From Eledone cirrhosa (taxonomy: Eukaryota), in NCBI GenBank assembly GCA_964016885.1, contig OZ024741.1:17484001-17548000 (forward strand): 64,000 nt of DNA. Reading direction: 5' to 3'. Both the position numbers and the translations under genes were made by a program. The notes beneath the pieces were generated by a model that had not been told where the DNA came from, did not search any database, and saw nothing but the letters and a program-made list of their open reading frames with translations. Of the stretch, positions 1-15,000 are shown piece by piece (position 1 is the stretch's first letter; every line of letters starts with the position of its first letter).

Positions 1-3000
1 CCGATACTGCCAATCAACCACCCTAACATGGTGTCCGACCCTCTACCGATACTACCAATCCACCACCCTAGCATGGCGTCCAACCCTCTACCGATACTAC
101 CAATCCACCACCATAACATGGCGTCCGACCCTCTACCGATACTGCCAATCCACCACCCTAACATGGCGTCCGACCCTCTACCGATACTGCCAATCCACCA
201 CCCTAGCATTGCGTCTGACCCTCCACCGATACTGCCAATCCACCACCCTAGCATGGCGTCCGACCCTCTACCGATACTGTCAATCCACCACCCTAGCATT
301 GCGTCAGACCCTCCACCGATACTGCCAATCCACCACCCTAGCATGGCATCTGACCCTCTACTGATACTGCCAATCCACCACCCTAACATGGCGTCAGACC
401 CTCTACCGATACTGCCAATCCACCACCCTAGCATGGCGTCCGACCCTCTACCGATACTGCCAATCTACCACCCTAACATGGCGTCAGACCCTCTACCGAT
501 ACTGCCAATCCACCACCCTAGCATGGCGTCAGACCCTCCACCGATACTACCAATCCACCACCCTAGCCTGGCGTCCGACCCTCTACCGATACTGCCAATC
601 CACCAGCCTAACATGGCGTCAGACCCTCCACCGATACTACCAATCCACCACCCTAGCCTGGCGTCCGACCCTCTACCGATACTGCCAATCCACCACCCTA
701 GCATGGCGTCAGACCCTCCACCGATACTACCAATCCACCACACTAGCATGGCTTTTGACCCTCCACCGATACTGCCAATCCACCACCCTAGCATGGCATC
801 AGACCCTCTACCGATACTGCCAATCCACCACCCTAGCCTGGCGTCCGACCCTCTACCGATACTGCCAATCCACCACCCTAGCCTGGCGTCCGACCCTCTA
901 CCGATACTGCCAATCCACCACCCTAACATGGCGTCAGACCCTCCACCGATACTACCAATCCACCACCCTAGCATGGCGTTTGACCCTCCACCGATACTGC
1001 CAATCCACCACCCTAGCATGGCATCAGACCCTCTACCGATACTGCCAATCCACCACCCTAACATGGCATCAAACATCTACCGATACTACCAATCCACCAC
1101 CCTAACATGGCGTCAGACCCTCCACCGATAGTGCTAATCCACCACCCTAACATGGCGTCAGACCCTCTACCGATACTGCCCATCCACCACCCTAACATGG
1201 CATCAGACCCTCTACCGATACTGCCAATCCACCACCCTAACATGGCGTCAGACCCTCTACCGATACTACCAATCCACCACCCTAACATGGCGTCAGACCC
1301 TCCACCGATACTGCCAATCGACCACCCTAGCATGGCGTCAGACCCTCTACCGATACTGCCAATCCACCACCCTAACATGGCGTCAGACCCTCCACCGATA
1401 CTACCAATCCACCACCCTAACATGGCGTCAGACCCTCCACCGATACTACCAATCCACCACCCTAACATGGCGTCAGACCCTCCACCGATACTGCAAATCC
1501 ACCAACCTAACATGGCATCAGACCCTCCACCGATACTGCCAATCTACCACCCTAACATGGCGTTAGACTCTCTACCGATACTGCCAATCCACCACGCTAA
1601 CATGACGTCAGACCCTCTACCGATACTGCCAATCCACCACCCTAACATGGCATCAGACCCTCTACCGATACTGCCAATCCACCACCCGAACATGGCGTCA
1701 GACCCTCTACCGATACTGCCAATCCACCACCCTAACATGGCGTCAGACCCTCTCCCGATACTGCCAATCCACCACCCTAACATGGCATCAGACCCTCTAC
1801 CGATACTGACAATCCACCACCCGAACATGGCGTCAGACCCTCTACCGATACTGCCAATCCACCACCCTAACATGGCGTCAGACCCTCTACCGATACTGCC
1901 AATCCACCACCCTAACATAGGATCAGACCCTCCACCGATACTGCCAATCCACCACTCTAACATGGCGTCAGACCCTCTACCGATACTGCCAATCCACCAT
2001 CCTAACATGGCGTCAGACCCTCTAACGATACTGTCAATTAACCACCCTAGCATTGCGTCAGACCCTCCGCCGATACTGCCAATCCACCACCCTAACATGG
2101 CGTCAGACCCTCTACCGATACTGCCAATCCACCACCCTAGCATGGCGTCCGACCCTCTACCGATACTGCCAATCTACCACCCTAACATGGCGTCAGACCC
2201 TCTACCGATACTGCCAATCCACCACCCTAGCATGGTGTCCGACCCTCTACCGATACTGCCAATCCACCACCCTAGCATGGCGTCCGACCCTCTACCGATA
2301 CTGCCAATCCACCACCCTAACATGGCGTCAGACCCTCCACCGATACTACCAATCCACCACCCTAGCATTGCGTCTGACCCTCCACCGATACTGCCAATCC
2401 ACCACCCTAACATGGCGTCTGACCCTCCACCGATACTGCCAATCCACCACCCTAACATGGCGTCAGATCCTCTACCGATACTGTCAATCCACCACCCTAG
2501 CATTGCGTCAGACCCTCCACCGATACTGCCAATCCACCACCCTAACATGGCGTCAGACCCTCTACCGATACTTCCAATCCACCACCCTAGCATGGCGCCG
2601 ACCCTCTACCGATACTGCCAATCTACCACCCTAACATGGCGTCAGACCCTCTACCGATACTGCCAATCCACCACCCTAGCATGGCGTTCGACCCTCTACC
2701 GATACTGCCAATCCACCAACCTAGCATGGCGTCCGACCCTCTACCGATACTACCAATCCACCACCCTAACATGGCGTCAGACCCTCCACCGATACTACCA
2801 ATCCACCACCCTAGCATGGCGTTTGACCCTCCACCGATACTGTCAATCCACCACCCTAGCATGGCGTCCGACCTTCTACCGATACTGCCAATCCACCACC
2901 CTAACATGGCGTCAGACCCTCCACCGATACTACCAATCCACCACCCTAGCATGGCGTTTGACCCTCCACCGATACTGCCAATCCACCAGCCTAACATGGC

Positions 3001-6000
3001 ATCAGACCCTCTACCGATACTGTCAATCCACCACCCTAGCATGGCGTCTGACCCTCCACCGATACTGCCTATCCACCACCCTAGCATGGCGTCAGACCCT
3101 CCACCGATACTGCCAATCCACCACCCTAGCATGGCGTCCAACCCTCTACCGATACTGCCAATCCACCACCCTAACATGGCATCAGACCCTTTACCGATAC
3201 AACCAATCCAACACCCTAACATGGCGTCAGACCCTCCACCGATACTGCCAATCCACCACCCTAGCATGGCGTCCAACCCTTTACCGATTCTGCCAATCCA
3301 CCACCCTAACATGGCGTCCTACCGTCCACCGATACAACCAATCCACCACCCTAGCATGGCGTCCAACCCTCTACCGATTCTGCCAATCCACCACCATAAC
3401 ATGGCGTCCTACACTCCTCCGATACAACCAATGCACCACCCTAGCATGGCGTCCAACCCTCTACCGATTCTGCCAATCCACCACCCTAACATGGCGTCCT
3501 ACCCTCCACCGATACAACCAATCCACCACCCTAGCATGGCGTCCAACCCTCTACCGATTCTGCCAATCCACCACCATAACATGGCGTCCTACACTCCTCC
3601 GATACAACCAATCCACCACCCTAGCATGGTGTCAGACCCTCCACCGATACTACCAATCCACCACCCTAACATGGCGTCAGACCCTCCACCGATACTACCA
3701 ATCCACCACCCTAGCATTGCGTCTGACCCTCCACCGATACTGCCAATCCACCACCCTAACATGGCGTCTGACCCTCCACCGATACTGCCAATCCACCACC
3801 CTAACATGGCGTCAGATCCTCTACCGATACTGTCAATCCACCACCCTAGCATTGCGTCAGACCCTCCACCGATACTACCAATCCACCACCCTAACATGGC
3901 GTCTGACCCTCCACCGATACTGCCAATCTACCACCCTAACATGGCGTCAGACCCTCTACCGATACTGCCAATCCACCACCCTAGCATGGCGTCCGACCCT
4001 CTACCGATACTGCCAATCCACCACCCTAGCATGGCGTCCGACCCTCTACCGATACTACCAATCCACCACCCTAACATGGCGTCAGACCCTCCACCGATAC
4101 TACCAATCCACCACCCTAGCATGGCGTTTGACCCTCCACCGATACTGTCAATCCACCACCCTAGCATGGCGTCCGACCTTCTACCGATACTGCCAATCCA
4201 CCACCCTAACATGGCGTCAGACCCTCCACCGATACTACCAATCCACCACCCTAGCATGGCGTCTGACCCTCCACCGATACTGCCAATCCACCACCCTAGC
4301 ATGGCGTCAGACCCTCCACCGATACTGCCAATCCACCACCCTAGCATGGCGTCCAACCCTCTACCGATACTGCCAATCCACCACCCTAACATGGTATCAG
4401 ACCCTTTACCGATACAACCAATCCAACACCCTAACATGGCGTCAGACCCTCCACCGATACTGCCAATCCACCACCCTAGCATGGCGTCCAACCCTTTACC
4501 GATTCTGCCAATCCACCACCCTAACATGGCGTCCTACCCTCCACCGATACAACCAATCCACCACCCTAGCATGGCGTCCAACCCTCTACCGATTCTGCCA
4601 ATCCACCACCATAACATGGCGTCCTACACTCCTCCGATACAACCAATCCACCACCCTAGCATGGCGTCCAACCCTCTACCGATTCTGCCAATCCACCACC
4701 CTAACATGGCGTCCTACACTCCACCGATACTACCAATCCACCACCCTAGCATGGCGTCAGACCCTCTACCGATACTGCCAATCTACCACCCTAACATGGC
4801 ATCAGACCCTCCACCGATACTACCAATCCACCACCCTAGCATGGCGTCAGACCCTCTACCGATACTGCCAATCCACCACCCTAACATGGTGTCCGACCCT
4901 CTACCGATACTACCAATCCACCACCCTAACATGGTGTCCGACCCTCTACCGATACTGCCAATCTACCACCCTAACATGGCATCAGACCCTCCACCGATAC
5001 TACCAATCCACCACCCTAGCATGGTGTCCGACCTTCTACCGATACTGCGAATCCACCACCCTAACATGGCGTCAGACCCTCTACCGATACTGCCAATCAA
5101 CCACCCTAACATGGTGTCCGACCCTCTACCGATACTACCAATCCACCACCCTAGCATGGCGTCCAACCCTCTACCGATACTACCAATCCACCACCATAAC
5201 ATGGCGTCCGACCCTCTACCGATACTGCCAATCCACCACCCTAACATGGCGTCCGACCCTCTACCGATACTGCCAATCCACCACCCTAGCATTGCGTCTG
5301 ACCCTCCACCGATACTGCCAATCCACCACCCTAGCATGGCGTCCGACCCTCTACCGATACTGCCAATCCACCACCCTAACATGGTGTCCGACCCTCTACC
5401 GATACTACCAATCCACCACCCTAACATGGTGTCCGACCCTCTACCGATACTGCCAATCTACCACCCTAACATGGCATCAGACCCTCCACCGATACTACCA
5501 ATCCACCACCCTAGCATGGTGTCCGACCTTCTACCGATACTGCGAATCCACCACCCTAACATGGCGTCAGACCCTCTACCGATACTGCCAATCAACCACC
5601 CTAACATGGTGTCCGACCCTCTACCGATACTACCAATCCACCACCCTAGCATGGCGTCCAACCCTCTACCGATACTACCAATCCACCACCATAACATGGC
5701 GTCCGACCCTCTACCGATACTGCCAATCCACCACCCTAACATGGCGTCCGACCCTCTACCGATACTGCCAATCCACCACCCTAGCATTGCGTCTGACCCT
5801 CCACCGATACTGCCAATCCACCACCCTAGCATGGCGTCCGACCCTCTACCGATACTGCCAATCCACCACCCTAACATGGTGTCCGACCCTCTACCGATAC
5901 TACAAATCCACCACGCTAACATGGCGTCCGACCCTCTACCGATACTACCAATCCACCACCCTAATATGGCGTCAGACCCTCCACCGATACTGCCAATCCA

Positions 6001-9000
6001 CCACCCTAACATGGCGTCAGACCCTCTACCGATACTACCAATCCACCACCCTAGCATGGCATCAGACCCTCCACCGATACTGCCAATCCACCACCCTAAC
6101 ATGGCGTCCAACCCTCTACCTACACTGCCAATCCACCACCCTAACATGGCGTCAGACCCTCTACCGATACTGCCAATCTACCACCCTAACATGGCATCAG
6201 ACCCTCCACCGATACTACCAATCCACCACCCTAGCATGGCGTCCGACCTTCTACCGATACTGACAATCTACCACCCTAACATGGCATCAGACCCTCCACC
6301 GATACTACCAATCCACCACCCTAGCATGGCGTCCGACCTTCTACCGATACTGCCAATCCACCACCCTAACATGGCGTCAGACCCTCTACCGATACTGCCA
6401 ATCCACCACCCTAACATGGCATCAGACCCTCTACCGATACTGCCAATCCACCAACCTCACATGGCATCAGACCCTCCACCGATACTGCCAATCCACCACC
6501 CTAACATGGCACCAGACCCTCTACCGATACTGCCAATCCACCACCCTAACATGGCATCAGACCCTCCACCGATACTGCCAATCCACCACCCTAACATGGC
6601 ATCAGACCCTCTACCGATACTGCCAATCCACCAACCTAACATGGTATCAGACCCTCCACCGATACTGCCAATCCACCACCCTAACATGGCGTCCGACCCT
6701 CTACCGATACTACCAATCCGACGCCCTAACATGGCGTCAGACCCTCTACCGATACTGCCAATCCACCACCCTAACATGGCATCAGACCCTCTACCGATAC
6801 TGCCAATCCACCAACCTAACATGGTATCAGACCCTCTACCGATACTGACAATCCACCATCCTAACATGGCGTCAGACCCTCCACCGATACTGCCAATCCA
6901 CCACCCTAACATGGCATCAGACCCTTTACCGATACAACCAATCCAACACCCTAACATGGCGTCAGACCCTCCACCGATACTGCCAATCCACCACCCTAGC
7001 ATGGCGTCCAACCCTTTACCGATTCTGCCAATCCACCACCCTAACATGGCGTCCTACCCTCCACCGATACAACCAATCCACCACCCTAGCATGGCGTCCA
7101 ACCCTCTACCGATTCTGCCAATCCACCACCCTAACATGGCATCAGACCCTCTACCGATACTACCAATCCACCACCCTAACATGGCATCAGACCTTCTACC
7201 GATACTACCAATCCACCACCCTAACATGGCGTCCTACCCTCCACCGATACAACCAATCCACCACCCTAGCATGGCGTCCAACCCTCTACCGATTCTGCCA
7301 ATCCACCACCCTAACATGGCATCAGACCCTCTACCGATACTGCCAATCAACCACCCTAACATGGCGTCCGACCCTCTACCGATACTACCAATCCACTACC
7401 CTAACATGGCGTCCAACCCTCTACCTACACTGCCAATCCAGCACCCTAACATGGCGCCAGACCCTCTACCGATACTACCAATCCACCACCCTAACATGGC
7501 GTCCAACCCTCTACCTACACTGCCAATCCACCACGCTAACATGGCGTCAGACCCTCTACCGATACTGCCAATCTACCACCCTAACATGGCATCAGACCCT
7601 CCACCGATACTACCAATCCACCACCCTAACATGGCATCAGACCCTTTACCGATACAACCAATCCAACACCCTAACATGGCGTCAGACCCTCCACCGATAC
7701 TGCCACTCCACCACCCTAGCATGGCGTCAGACCCTCTGCCGATACTGCCAATCTACCACCCTAACGTGGCATCAGACCCTCCACCGATACTACCAAGCCA
7801 CCACCCTAGCATGGCGTCAGACCCTCTACCGATACTGACAATCCACCACCCTAACATGTTGTCCGACCCTCTACCGATACTGCCAATCCACCACCCTAAC
7901 ATGGTGTCCGACCCTCTACCGATACTACAAATCCACCACGCTAACATGGCATCCGACCCTCTACCGATACTACCAATCCACCACCCTAATATGGCGTCAG
8001 ACCCTCCACCGATACTGCCAATCCACCACCCTAACATGGCGTCAGACCCTCTACCGATACTACCAATCCACCACCCTAGCATGGCATCAGACCCTCCACC
8101 GATACTGCCAATCCACCACCCTAACATGGCGTCCAACCCTCTACCTACACTGCCAATCCACCACCCTAACATGGCGTCAGACCCTCTACCGATACTGCCA
8201 ATCTACCACCCTAACATGGCATCAGACCCTCCTCCGATACAACCAATCCACCACCCTAGCATGGCGTCCAACCCTCTACCGATTCTGCCAATCCACCACC
8301 CTAACATGGCGTCCTACACTCCACCGATACTACCAATCCACCACCCTAGCATGGCGTCAGACCCTCTACCGATACTGCCAATCTACCACCCTAACATGGC
8401 ATCAGACCCTCCACCGATACTACCAATCCACCACCCTAGCATGGCGTCAGACCCTCTACCGATACTGCCAATCCACCACCCTAACATGGTGTCCGACCCT
8501 CTACCGATACTACCAATCTACCACCCTAACATGGCATCAGACCCTCCACCGATACTACCAATCCACCACCCTAGCATGGTGTCCGACCTTCTACCGATAC
8601 TGCGAATCCACCACCCTAACATGGCGTCAGACCCTCTACCGATACTGCCAATCAACCACCCTAACATGGTGTCCGACCCTCTACCGATACTACCAATCCA
8701 CCACCCTAGCATTGCGTCTGACCCTCCACCGATACTGCCAATCCACCACCCTAGCATGGCGTCCGACCCTCTACCGATACTGTCAATCCACCACCCTAAC
8801 ATGGTGTCCGAACCTCTACCGATACTGCCAATCCACCACCCTAACATGGTGTCCGACCCTCTACCGATACTACAAATCCACCACGCTAACATGGCGTCCG
8901 ACCCTCTACCGATACTACCAATCTACCACCCTAATATGGCGTCAGACCCTCCACCGATACTGCCAATCCACCACCCTAACATGGCGTCAGACCCTCTACC

Positions 9001-12000
9001 GATACTACAAATCCACCACGCTAACATGGCGTCCGACCCTCTACCGATACTACCAATCCACCACCCTAATATGGCGTCAGACCCTCCACCGATACTGCCA
9101 ATCCACCACCCTAACATGGCCTCAGACCCTCTACCGATACTACCAATCCACCACCCTAGCATGGCATCAGACCCTCCACCGATACTGCCAATCCACCACC
9201 CTAACATGGCGTCCAACCCTCTACCTACACTGCCAATCCACCACCCTAACATGGCGTCAGACCCTCTACCGATACTACCAATCCACCACCCTAGTATGGC
9301 GTCCGACCTTCTACCGATACTGCCAATCCACCACCCTAACATGGCGTCAAACCCTCTACCGATACTGCCAATCCACCACCCTAACATGGCATCAGACCCT
9401 CTACCGATACTGCCAATCCACCAACCTCACATGGCATCAGACCCTCCACCGATACTGCCAATCCACCACCCTAACATGGCACCAGACCCTCCACCGATAC
9501 TGCCAATCCACCACCCTAACATGGCATCAGACCCTCTACCGATACTGTCAATCCACCAACCTAACATGGTATCAGACCCTCCACCGATACTGCCAATCCA
9601 CCACCCTAACATGGCGTCCGACCCTCTACCGATACTACCAATCCGACGCCCTAACATGGCGTCAGACCCTCTACCGATACTGCCAATCCACCACCCTAAC
9701 ATGGCATCAGACCCTCTACCGATACTGCCAATCCACCAACCTAACATGGTATCAGACCCTCTACCGATACTGACAATCCACCACCCTAACATGGCGTCAG
9801 ACCCTCCACCGATACTACCAATCCACCATCCTAACATGGCGTCAGACCCTCCACCGATACTGCCAATCCACCACCCTAACATGGCATCAGACCCTTTACC
9901 GATACAACCAATCCAACACCCTAACATGGCGTCAGACCCTCCACCGATACTGCCAATCCACCACCCTAGCATGGCGTCCAACCCTTTACCGATTCTGCCA
10001 ATCCACCACCCTAACATGGCGTCCTACCCTCCACCGATACAACCAATCCACCACCATAGCATGGCGTCCAACCCTCTACCGATTCTGCCAATCCACCACC
10101 CTAACATGGCATCAGACCCTCTACCGATACTACCAATCCACCACCCTAACATGGCATCAGACCCTCTACCGATACTACCAATCCACCACCCTAACATGGC
10201 GTCCTACCCTCCACCGATACAACCAATCCACCACCCTAGCATGGCGCCCAACCCTCTACCGATTCTGCCAATCCACCACCCTAACATGGCATCAGACCCT
10301 CTACCGATACTGCCAATCAACCACCCTAAGATGGCGTCCGACCCTCTACCGATACTACCAATCCACCACCCTAACATGGCGTCCAACCCTCTACCTACAC
10401 TGCCAATCCAGCACCCTAACATGGCGCCAGACCCTCTACCGATACTACCAATCCACCACCCTAACATGGCGTCCAACCCTCTACCTACACTGCCAATCCA
10501 CCACGCTAACATGGCGTCAGACCCTCTACCGATACTGCCAATCTACCACCCTAACATGGCATCAGACCCTCCACCGATACTACCAATCCACCACCCTAGC
10601 ATGGCGTCCGACCTTCTACCGATACTGCCAATCCACCACCCTAACATGGCGTCCAACCCTCTACCGATACTGCCAATCCACCACCCTAGCATGGCGTCCA
10701 ACCCTCTACCGATACTGCCAATCCACCACCCTAGCATGGCGTCCAACCCTCTACCGATACTGCCAATCCACCACCCTAGCATGGCGTCCAACCCTCTACC
10801 GATACTGCCAATCCACCACCCTAACATGGCGTCAGACCCTCCACCGATACTACCATTCCACCACCCTAACATGGCGTCAGACCCTCCACTGATACTACCA
10901 ATCCACCACCCTAGCATGGCGTCCAACCCTCCACCGATACGACCAATCCACCACCCTAACATGGCGTCAGACCCTCCACCGATACTGCCAATCCACCACC
11001 CTAGCATGGCGTCCAACCCTCTACCGATACTGCCAATCCACCACCCTAACATGGCATCAGACCCTTTACCGATACAACCAATCCAACACCCTAACATGGC
11101 GTCAGACCCTCCACCGATACTGCCAATCCACCACCCTAGCATGGCGTCCAACCCTTTACCGATTCTGCCAATCCACCACCCTAACATGGCGTCCTACCCT
11201 CCACCGATACAACCAATCCACCACCCTAGCATGGCGTCCAACCCTCTACCGATTCTGCCAATCCACCACCATAACATGGCGTCCTACACTCCTCCGATAC
11301 AACCAATCCACCACCCTAGCATGGCGTCCAACCCTCTACCGATTCTGCCAATCCACCACCCTAACATGGCGTCCTACACTCCACCGATACTACCAATCCA
11401 CCACCCTAGCATGGCGTCAGACCCTCTACCGATACTGCCAATCTACCACCCTAACATGGCATCAGACCCTCCACCGATACTACCAATCCACCACCCTAGC
11501 ATGGCGTCAGACCCTCTACCGATACTGCCAATCCACCACCCTAACATGGTGTCCGACCCTCTACCGATACTACCAATCCACCACCCTAACATGGTGTCCG
11601 ACCCTCTACCGATACTGCCAATCTACCACCCTAACATGGCATCAGACCCTCCACCGATACTACCAATCCACCACCCTAGCATGGCGTCCGACCCTCTACC
11701 GATACTACCAATCCACCACCCTAACATGGTGTCCGACCCTCCACCGATACTGCCAATCCACCACCCTAGCATGATGTCCGACCTTCTACCGATACTGCGA
11801 ATCCACCACCCTAACATGGCGTCAGACCCTCTACCGATACTGCCAATCAACCACCCTAACATGGTGTCCGACCCTCTACCGATACTACCAATCCACCACC
11901 CTAGCATGGCGTCCAACCCTCTACCGATACTACCAATCCACCACCATAACATGGCGTCCGACCCTCTACCGATACTGCCAATCCACCACCCTAACATGGC

Positions 12001-15000
12001 GTCCGACCCTCTACCGATACTGCCAATCCACCACCCTAGCATTGCGTCTGACCCTCCACCGATACTGCCAATCCACCACCCTAGCATGGCGTCCGACCCT
12101 CTACCGATACTGTCAATCCACCACCCTAGCATTGCGTCAGACCCTCCACCGATACTGCCAATCCACCACCCTAGCATGGCATCTGACCCTCTACTGATAC
12201 TGCCAATCCACCACCCTAACATGGCGTCAGACCCTCTACCGATACTGCCAATCCACCACCCTAGCATGGCGTCCGACCCTCTACCGATACTGCCAATCTA
12301 CCACCCTAACATGGCGTCAGACCCTCTACCGATACTGCCAATCCACCACCCTAGCATGGCGTCAGACCCTCCACCGATACTACCAATCCACCACCCTAGC
12401 CTGGCGTCCGACCCTCTACCGATACTGCCAATCCACCAGCCTAACATGGCGTCAGACCCTCCACCGATACTACCAATCCACCACCCTAGCCTGGCGTCCG
12501 ACCCTCTACCGATACTGCCAATCCACCACCCTAGCATGGCGTCAGACCCTCCACCGATACTACCAATCCACCACACTAGCATGGCTTTTGACCCTCCACC
12601 GATACTGCCAATCCACCACCCTAGCATGGCATCAGACCCTCTACCGATACTGCCAATCCACCACCCTAGCCTGGCGTCCGACCCTCTACCGATACTGCCA
12701 ATCCACCACCCTAGCCTGGCGTCCGACCCTCTACTGATACTGCCAATCCACCACCCTAACATGGCGTCAGACCCTCCACCGATACTACCAATCCACCACC
12801 CTAGCATGGCGTTTGACCCTCCACCGATACTGCCAATCCACCACCCTAGCATGGCATCAGACCCTCTACCGATACTGCCAATCCACCACCCTAACATGGC
12901 ATCAAACATCTACCGATACTACCAATCCACCACCCTAACATGGCGTCAGACCCTCCACCGATAGTGCTAATCCACCACCCTAACATGGCGTCAGACCCTC
13001 TACCGATACTGCCCATCCACCACCCTAACATGGCATCAGACCCTCTACCGATACTGCCAATCCACCACCCTAACATGGCGTCAGACCCTCTACCGATACT
13101 ACCAATCCACCACCCTAACATGGCGTCAGACCCTCCACCGATACTGCCAATCGACCACCCTAGCATGGCGTCAGACCCTCTACCGATACTGCCAATCCAC
13201 CACCCTAACATGGCGTCAGACCCTCCACCGATACTACCAATCCACCACCCTAACATGGCGTCAGACCCTCCACCGATACTACCAATCCACCACCCTAACA
13301 TGGCGTCAGACCCTCCACCGATACTGCAAATCCACCAACCTAACATGGCATCAGACCCTCCACCGATACTGCCAATCTACCACCCTAACATGGCGTTAGA
13401 CTCTCTACCGATACTGCCAATCCACCACGCTAACATGACGTCAGACCCTCTACCGATACTGCCAATCCACCACCCTAACATGGCATCAGACCCTCTACCG
13501 ATACTGCCAATCCACCACCCGAACATGGCGTCAGACCCTCTACCGATACTGCCAATCCACCACCCTAACATGGCGTCAGACCCTCTCCCGATACTGCCAA
13601 TCCACCACCCTAACATGGCATCAGACCCTCTACCGATACTGACAATCCACCACCCGAACATGGCGTCAGACCCTCTACCGATACTGCCAATCCACCACCC
13701 TAACATGGCGTCAGACCCTCTACCGATACTGCCAATCCACCACCCTAACATAGGATCAGACCCTCCACCGATACTGCCAATCCACCACTCTAACATGGCG
13801 TCAGACCCTCTACCGATACTGCCAATCCACCATCCTAACATGGCGTCAGACCCTCTAACGATACTGTCAATTAACCACCCTAGCATTGCGTCAGACCCTC
13901 CGCCGATACTGCCAATCCACCACCCTAACATGGCGTCAGACCCTCTACCGATACTGCCAATCCACCACCCTAGCATGGCGTCCGACCCTCTACCGATACT
14001 GCCAATCTACCACCCTAACATGGCGTCAGACCCTCTACCGATACTGCCAATCCACCACCCTAGCATGGTGTCCGACCCTCTACCGATACTGCCAATCCAC
14101 CACCCTAGCATGGCGTCCGACCCTCTACCGATACTGCCAATCCACCACCCTAACATGGCGTCAGACCCTCCACCGATACTACCAATCCACCACCCTAGCA
14201 TTGCGTCTGACCCTCCACCGATACTGCCAATCCACCACCCTAACATGGCGTCTGACCCTCCACCGATACTGCCAATCCACCACCCTAACATGGCGTCAGA
14301 TCCTCTACCGATACTGTCAATCCACCACCCTAGCATTGCGTCAGACCCTCCACCGATACTGCCAATCCACCACCCTAACATGGCGTCAGACCCTCTACCG
14401 ATACTTCCAATCCACCACCCTAGCATGGCGCCGACCCTCTACCGATACTGCCAATCTACCACCCTAACATGGCGTCAGACCCTCTACCGATACTGCCAAT
14501 CCACCACCCTAGCATGGCGTCCGACCCTCTACCGATACTGCCAATCCACCAACCTAGCATGGCGTCCGACCCTCTACCGATACTACCAATCCACCACCCT
14601 AACATGGCGTCAGACCCTCCACCGATACTACCAATCCACCACCCTAGCATGGCGTTTGACCCTCCACCGATACTGTCAATCCACCACCCTAGCATGGCGT
14701 CCGACCTTCTACCGATACTGCCAATCCACCACCCTAACATGGCGTCAGACCCTCCACCGATACTACCAATCCACCACCCTAGCATGGCGTTTGACCCTCC
14801 ACCGATACTGCCAATCCACCAGCCTAACATGGCATCAGACCCTCTACCGATACTGTCAATCCACCACCCTAGCATGGCGTCTGACCCTCCACCGATACTG
14901 CCTATCCACCACCCTAGCATGGCGTCAGACCCTCCACCGATACTGCCAATCCACCACCCTAGCATGGCGTCCAACCCTCTACCGATACTGCCAATCCACC